Assembly: GCF_009914755.1 (NCBI RefSeq)
Contig: NC_060929.1
DNA from: the human T2T-CHM13v2.0 reference genome, Homo sapiens
Reading direction: 5' to 3' (one strand)
Length of the DNA stretch: 64,000 bases
The notes under the pieces are model-generated. The model saw only the letters and a program-made list of their open reading frames with translations, was not told where the DNA came from and ran no database searches. Of this stretch, positions 55,944-64,000 are shown one piece after another (the stretch's first letter is position 1; each line of letters opens with the position of its first letter). Position numbers and translations under genes: made by a program.

Positions 55944-56697
55944 AAAAAAAGCTCAACATCACTGATCATTGGAGACATGTAAATCAAAACCACAATGAGA
56001 TACCATCTCATGCCAGTCAGAATGGCAATTATTAAAGTCAAGAAATAATAGATGGTGGTGAAGCTGTGGATAAATAGCAACACTTTTACACTGTTGGGAA
56101 GAATGTAAATTAGTTCAACCATTGTGGAAGACAGTATGGCAATTCCTCAAGGATCTAGAACCAGAAATACCATTTGACCCAGCAATCCCATTAATGGGTA
56201 TATACCCAAAGGAATATACATCATTCTACTATAAAGGTACATGCACATGTATGTTTACTACAGCACTATTTACAATACCAAAGTCATAGAACCAACCCAA
56301 ATGCCCATCAATGATAGACTTGATAAAGAAAATGTGGTACATATACACCATGAAATACTATGCAGCCGTAAAAAGGAATGAGATCATGTCCTTGGCAGGG
56401 ACATGGATGAAGCTGGAAGCCATCACCCTCAGCAAACTAATGCAGGAACAGAAAACCAAATACCACATGTTCTCATTCATAAGTGGGTGTGGAACAATGA
56501 GAACACATGGACACACGGAGAAGAACAGCACACACCAGGGTCTGTTGCGGGGTGTGGGGAGAGGGGAGGGAACTTAGAGGATGGGACAATAGGTGCAGCA
56601 AACCATCATGGCACATGTGTACCTGTGTAACAAACCTGCACATTCTGCACATGTATCCCGGAACGTAAAGTAAAATAAAAATTAAAAAAAAAAAAAA

Positions 56698-57440
56698 GTC
56701 TTTATTTCTTCTGCATCCCTGAAGGGTGTTTTCACTGGGTATAAAATTCTGAGTTGACAGTTATGGGTTTTTTTAGCATTAGACCTCCTCCAATAAGACT
56801 CCAGGAAGAAAAGGAGGGTCACCTCATTACTGCTGGGCAGTGGTGGAAGTCAGGCTCCTTATAGAGCCTGACTCCTCACAGAGTTTCCACTGACAGCTCT
56901 GCATGTGGGGTATGTATGGCAGATAGTTGCTAGCTGGCAGAAGTGGAAGCTCCAACTCCCTGTTTGGCCTTCTCTGCTAAAACCACAGTGGGGTTAACTG
57001 AGGTTTCCCTTTGCAGCTGTGCTCCTAGTCAGCCTTTGATGAATGGGTTAAGAGTAGGGTCACAATTTTTCTGTGGTGCTTGCCTGGAATAGAGTGGTTA
57101 TTATCTAAAAGATTTTTCTCTTATAAGGCTGTCCTTTCCTCATCCTTTGGCTACAGAAAGCAGGCTTTTGTTGGAGCATTTCTGTCTGTGCCCATTGCTG
57201 TCTCTAGATTGCCAGCTTATTCACCTCCAAGTTTGGGATATATGAAACAAAAAGAAAATCCAGGGAGCTTACCACCATGTTGTTCGTCAGGTCCCAAGTT
57301 CCCTAGTTAGTCTGCCTCTTCTCTTCCCCATTTAGAGTCTTCTTATGTTTGTTTGATAGGTGATGTCTGGGATTTTAGCAGTACTTAGTGGAGGTAATAG
57401 GAAAAAGTATGCCTATTCTATCTTCCTCAAAGTACAAGTT
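56698..57440 (-). mobile_element. Continuation (5' part) of the L1MC-type element
   Basis: GTCTTTATTTCTTCTGCATCCCTGAAGGGTGTTTTCACTGGGTATAAAATTCTGAGTTGACAG continues the antisense L1 sequence broken at 49447. Confidence 0.75.
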
Positions 57441-57717
57441 TGTCATAGAGTTTTAAAGACACTGAAAACTCTTGAATGCCAAGCATGTAATAATGTCATT
57501 TGAATTCCAAGGGTTTTTAAAAATTTTTCATCTTCAATAAAATAACAGAACGATATGAATTTTTAAATTCAATATTGTTCCTCTTGTTTTTTAAATAATA
57601 AAATAACATTATTATTGATAATATGCTACAGTATTATTACCAGATGAGTATTCTCCAAGATGACTTTTAAAATTTAGACTGCTGGTGACAGATTTTTAAA
57701 TGACATAGAATTTTTAG

Positions 57718-57748
<31 letters not shown>

Positions 57749-57754
57749 GCTTCA

Positions 57755-58064
<310 letters not shown>

Positions 58065-59457
58065 AGAAAAAACCCTTCAAAATAAAAATGGTTCCACATG
58101 CTTGTAAAATAAAAGGTATATGAACTATAATGAAAAAAATGAATTTTTAAAATTTAGAACTGGACATTCAGCCTTAAAAATTATCTTTTGTTATTCTTCA
58201 CCTGGAGAAATAAATCTTTAAAAAGTTCCTCCCTTGTTATAAGATTTTCAAGTGCACTTCCTAGTTCTCTTCTGTAAAAGAAAAAAGAAAAAAAAGTCTA
58301 GTCCTCATGTCATTTTTAGCTTAGTTTGAAAGTAAAGACTTATAATAATAAAATAATAAAAAGTTCATGATGATCAAGGTTATAGAGAGACTAAGACCTA
58401 CATGGAATCACATACCTTCCTGCCACTGGCTTTGATGTAATACATGGAAAATAATCAGAGGTAGCTTTCTAAAACTATTTATATATATCATAGCATTTTT
58501 CAACATGACTGATTATCCAACATAAAGTTATCTATCTAGTCAAAATATTCCTATTAATTCTTTTATACCCTACACACATTCCTTTGGGGTAAAGGCCATG
58601 GTAGCTTGATTCGTAGGTGGGTGTCTGTGATGGTCCTTTAGTTGCCTTGTGGATGTAAATACTAATAATTTCCCTGGCAACTGCCTATCAGAGAGAAGCC
58701 AAAGCCTCTGGTCAGAGACTTGCCTCTCAAGTGTTACAAAGAGTTGCAGAACAGCACACACCTGCAGTGAAAGTAAGTCTTTGAACTACAAAAGCTTGTG
58801 TTTCTTACAACAGGTAGTGGGGAATAATTTGTCTGTAATTAGTTTTCTAGTTTTGTTCACTCCCTTTCTGTGATTGGTTATGTGCAAAATAGAAAACCCT
58901 AATATGATCTGAGACAAGATTAGTGCATATGCTGGGTCTATCACCCCAGCCAACTGGTGATGAGTTTTACAAATACATAAAGTAGTCAACCCTAATATAT
59001 TGATGCAGATAAGAAATGATGACCTCTCAGTGAGATGTAGGCAGCCACAGTGTTGAGACAGTGCTGTGACTACAAATGAAACAATATAGAAGTTCATATA
59101 CTCTATGATGACCTCCTAGAAAACTAGCTAAGGAGCACTCTCTGCCGTCATTAATGGAATAAAAATAGACACCTAGTCCATGAACTTTTGAAATGTCACC
59201 AATTTAAGCACATCTTAGATGGGACAATAATTTACATGTTTGGACAGCTTTTCTCAAAAATACAATTTTAAGACCATTTCTGCATACACATTTAACTCCT
59301 ACAGGACATTATAAAATGCCAACCTAACTATTCTCACTTGGAAAGTGAACTATGAATAGACAGTTGCAATAGACAGAATAAGCAGCCAGGTCGTTAGAGA
59401 CATAGCCCAGTAATCTGGACCTTTCTCCTAAATGTTCAAAAGAATAGAGATTTAACA

Positions 59458-59508
59458 AAAAGCATCCAAAAGCATCCAAAAGCATTTTGCATCCAAAAGC
59501 ATTTTGCA
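59458..59508. repeat. Short nested tandem duplication of AAAAGCATCC and GCATCCAAAAGCATTTT units
   Basis: Directly visible. Confidence 0.85.
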
Positions 59509-60819
59509 AATGACTTCAAAAACATTATTCTATTCAAAGAGGTTAACTATTTAAATGAAAAATTTAAGTAAAAAGTGTTTGATATAATGTAAGATAAATA
59601 TAATACATGTCTCAGAATAATCTAGTTTACAAAAAAATGCCTTAAATTTTTGGGCCAAACTACTAAAAGTTCACATCAGAAATTAATTTGAAAACACATT
59701 AAAATAGCCAGAGCAAAACTGTAATACCAATAATATATTTGTGTTGTGAAATTAATAGATTTAATGACATATCTTAAGCATGACAGAAGAAATAGTATGA
59801 TTTTCATGTAGGAATTTAAAGACAGTTTCCCAGAGTTCTAAAAATGTAGTTTTTAAGCCTCTCAAAAACACATTTTTCACATCTTTCCCATTTAAGGGTC
59901 CCAAAGACTTATAAATTGCTAACTCCATCTCCCCAAGCTCTATAAATTTTCTTTTTGGAGCCTTTCTGATGCATGGATTTGATCTGTACACAATTCAGCT
60001 ACAAATTAAATGCACAATCTTCAAAAACTCTAAATCTCTTACAGTTGTGCAGCTGAAGATGAAAGAACTTGTATACAAATGTTTAAAAGTATATAAACCT
60101 TCCCATGTAAGATGGAAAACAAGAGGCTCTGTACTTTTTCTTAAATCCGTCCTAAGGGATTTTGTTCAAATAGTGTGCTCTTTCAGCAATCCCATTACAA
60201 TAGCTATTTTACTAGAAACAAAAAGTCCCTCTGTCAGACTAATAGTCAATAATAATTTTACCACTACTAAGAATAAGTGTGATTAACTGGCACATTTTTT
60301 GAAACTTTCAAAATTAATTACACATCTGTTATTTCAGTTTATCCATAAAAAACACCACGTGAGGTGGTTTTATCTTCATTTGACGAATGAAGGAATTGAG
60401 TTAGAGAGAACTTAAGTCCCAAGGCCAACAATATTCTATGTTGTGCAAAGTAGCAATGAATTAGTAAAGGAATGAGACTAAGTTACTAGATTCCTAATTC
60501 TAGGACCACCTGCTAGACAATGAAAGAATAAAGTTACCTAACATTAGTGAACACTCGGTAGTAATGGTAATCTGTTAAGTATTTACTTAGCTAATTCTTC
60601 ACAATATCAGTTTGTTTTACCATTTGACCATCTCTGTTTTACAACTGCAGAAACAGAGGTTCGGTTTGATAGTGGTCTGATTTATTATATCTAAGTGGCA
60701 GATTTAAACTGAGGTAAATGTGATTGCAAAGTTCCTTTCTCGAAGAGGAACATCTTACATTTAGAAATAATTTCAAAGCCAAGATATGCACTCTTACTAT
60801 TTTCTACAGTCTACATGGA

Positions 60820-61112
60820 TTCTTTCTTTCCTTCTTTCTTTCTCTTTCTTTCTTCTTTCTTTCTCTTTCTTTCTTCTCTCCTTTTCTTTCTTCTCTCTCT
60901 CCTTTTCTTTCTTTCTTTCTTTTTCTTTTTTTTTGACAGAGTCTTGCTCTGTCACCCAGGCTGGAGTACAGTAGCCCAATCTCAGCTCACTGCAACCTCA
61001 GCATGCTGGGTTCAAGCCATTCTCCTGCCTCAGCCTCCCGAGTAGTTGGGATTACAGGCACATGCTGCCACACCCGGCTAATTTTTTGTATTTTAGTAAA
61101 GACGGAGTTTCA
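60820..61112 (-). mobile_element. Truncated Alu (right monomer and linker) with tail converted to about 115 bp of CT-rich microsatellite
   Basis: Alu similarity runs 60934-61112 and ends at GACGGAGTTTCA. No TSD found. Confidence 0.9.
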
Positions 61113-62351
61113 GAAAGAAAAGGAGAATGAAACTGAAATGCAGGTGAATTTGGGCCAGGTCTGTACTGTAATTATTTATTCTGATATTCCTACACTTCTT
61201 CCTAACACTGAATTCATAGCCCAATGCCTTGAGGTACTTCTACAGAAGTTGCCCCTCAAAGCTAAAGCAAGCTAGTAGAAGGGCAGATTTTAGCAAGAGG
61301 AACACTCAGTATATTTGATGATTGTTTAGCTGAATATGTCTGTGGGTTGAGAAGAGCCCAAATCATCATTTCCCAGAATGTAGAGACTTTCTGCACAAAA
61401 CAGGTAGACTTCATTCAAATCATTCTGGAACCCTCAGATCCTTGGGTCACAATGCATATATGACCATAGAAAAAGCTCTGAGCAGTATTGCGGAACAAAG
61501 GCTCGTTTCACTTGGTATTTACTGTTTCCCAAGTATAAGACCTATTAATATTCCATAGAACAACTTCTGATGTTTCAGACTTGACTCTGAAAATAATCTG
61601 AGTATGGACTGCACTGTGCTATTCCTGTGCAACAATTACCACAGAGTGAAACCTTTACTGCTTTTTCTCAAGGTTCAGACCTGTGGTACATTATTCTAAA
61701 GGTATAGACAAGAAACAGTTCCAAGGAGGATAAGACTAAATCTCTGAATATTAGACCTGACAGAGGCCTTAGGAGTTATCATCTCTTTCCATTAACATAT
61801 GAAGAAGCTAGAGTCTACAGGGATTGAGAACTGGCTCCAAGATCATAAGATCTTAGAAAGTGGCTGTCCTGCTGCCCTCTCATTACCAGACTTGACAATG
61901 GTGCCTCAGCAGGATGGCATTTCAGAGGCAACCCATCTTGCACAACCTGGAATTCTCTGGAGTTCTAGTCCAGGGCCACCAGGTGGAAGGCTAAGGAGGA
62001 ACAGCTATGAGCACTGCAGGAGACCGCCTCAGGATACTCTTGTTCTCTCCTCTTGCTTTGCTGTTTTTGTTCTCCAAATGACCATCATCGTCAGAAGACA
62101 ATTTTGACCACGAAATGTTTGTAGTGAGAATATCAGGCAGGTGTCTGATATTCCATGGTTTACAGTTTATTCCAGGCAGGTTTATGTTTCCATGCTAATA
62201 CACGTACAATTTTACAACTACTGTATTAACAGGCATTTACAACACTCGGGAGTATTTCTAAATTTTATATGGATAATTTGGGGGAAAAATTAAGTGTTTT
62301 TCATCATACCTACATAGAGAGTGATTTTAAAGCGGTTTTTCTAGTGGAAAT

Positions 62352-62514
62352 GTATATAAATTATATATACACTTTCAGCATATAAATATATATAAATATA
62401 CACTGAATATGTTTTTATATACTGAATATATATAAAAACCTATATATCCTGAATATATATATTTACATATTCATTTACTGAATATATATAAAACATATGA
62501 ATATATATATTCAG
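62352..62514. repeat. AT-rich low-complexity array of CTGAATATATATA-like units
   Basis: Several direct copies of TGAATAT and a perfect 16-bp palindrome TGAATATATATATTCA at 62498-62513. Confidence 0.8.
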
Positions 62515-63419
62515 CAGGACATTTGAAGTTTCTATATTTGTAGTAATATTATACTAAGTACAAATCTACATGTTATCTAAATATCTCTATTCCACATATG
62601 TGTATATATATATAGATATAGATATATCACCACTAAAAATATATTGATTGGTATTACTACTTCTGCTTCACACTATTTTTCAGCTAAATGGAGAAGAAAG
62701 TTTATTTTAGAGTTGATTAAGTAATTATATTATTTAAGAAATTACTCCGGTTGGATTACACATGGTAAAGAGGCAGTGAGATTGTGTCACCATCCCTCTG
62801 CTGTTCAGCCAATCTGTTTATTATTTTATGTCATTTGTTCTCAACCAGCCATCTCAAATTAGTACATGGGACATATAGCACTTTTTGATATATTTTTTAC
62901 ACCAGGCAAAAAGTGTCACATGCCAGTGAGTTCAGTAATCTCTTATCAAGTAGTACTCTATGTAGCCACTAGTCTCTTATTGTCTAGTTACACTTCTGAA
63001 AAAACCTTTTTCAGAAAGTGATCTTCCTAAAGTCCCATTCATCCTAGAAAATCAACAACTTCTAACCAGTATATTTAAATCTCTCAGTTCCCATAGAACT
63101 CTCTCTCAGACCCTGTCTTCCCTGGTTTTAACTTTTCTCATTCCATCCCCCCCTCCCACACACAATCCTATGGCCTCCCTTCTCAGTGTAAACCAAACTT
63201 CCCAGAGTCCTTTCACTGCCACCTCCATATGCATGTATTACATCAATCCGCACACCACCACCAAAAGGGAAAGTGGAAAAAAGACGTTCTTAGTCCCCAT
63301 TCCTTTGATTTTCTACATCCCTGGGGCCCTTCCCCACAGATGCAGTGTAATGCAGGGGGAGAACCACAGGCCAACAACCAGACATCTTGCCAGCAAGATG
63401 ATCTGGGTTTTTTAATTCA

Positions 63420-63737
<318 letters not shown>

Positions 63738-64000
63738 TTATTTCCTATTAATCTCTTACTCAAGCTCTTACAAATAATTATCCACATTTCTCTTAGTACC
63801 AATGAGATGATTTATGCCTTTGGCAAAAGAGAAGAGGAAGAGAAGAGAGAAAATGAGCACAAGGCTCATTTCCAGAACCAGCCTTTCCTGCTGCCCTGGC
63901 CAGACCCCATCCACAGGCTGCCCTTTCTCTGGCCCTCTCAACCACAGTCACAAATCGTTCAAAAGTTGACCCTGACAACACTTTTTCCCACTCAATATTT

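Noticed and set aside
60724-61045. Phe/Ser/Leu-rich and Lys/Glu/Arg-rich ORFs
   Set aside because: They are translations of the CT-rich microsatellite and Alu.
61799-62107. 102-aa ATG-initiated ORF
   Set aside because: It starts in MIR-like sequence with no recognisable homology or promoter; a chance ORF in a GC-richer patch.

Overview
This is AT-rich, CpG-depleted primate genomic DNA (human or a close ape, judged from AluJ/S/Y, L1PA and THE1 content). It is not prokaryotic. The only host coding sequence I can support is one 77-bp internal exon on the minus strand (23364-23440). It encodes (R)CVEVIAKEGQNLKELYLVSCKITDY(A), which I recognise as a C-terminal leucine-rich-repeat segment of FBXL17. 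The rest of the window therefore appears to be FBXL17 intron. It holds about 14 Alu insertions, a full-length dead L1PA nested in an older L1MC, THE1 and MLT1 solo LTRs, MER33, MER5 and Tigger fossils, MIR/L2 fragments and microsatellites. The other ORF-track entries are repeat-derived or chance ORFs. I found no convincing novel multi-gene system. The best second-look items are a 52-nt intronic hairpin that pairs fully only on the transcribed strand, a 26-bp local copy inside a (TA)n tract, a trimeric Alu under one TSD pair, further templated-repair scars, and alternative or decoy splice sites near the exon. Repeat subfamilies and the gene name come from recall, not from a database search. Boundaries of old repeats are approximate.
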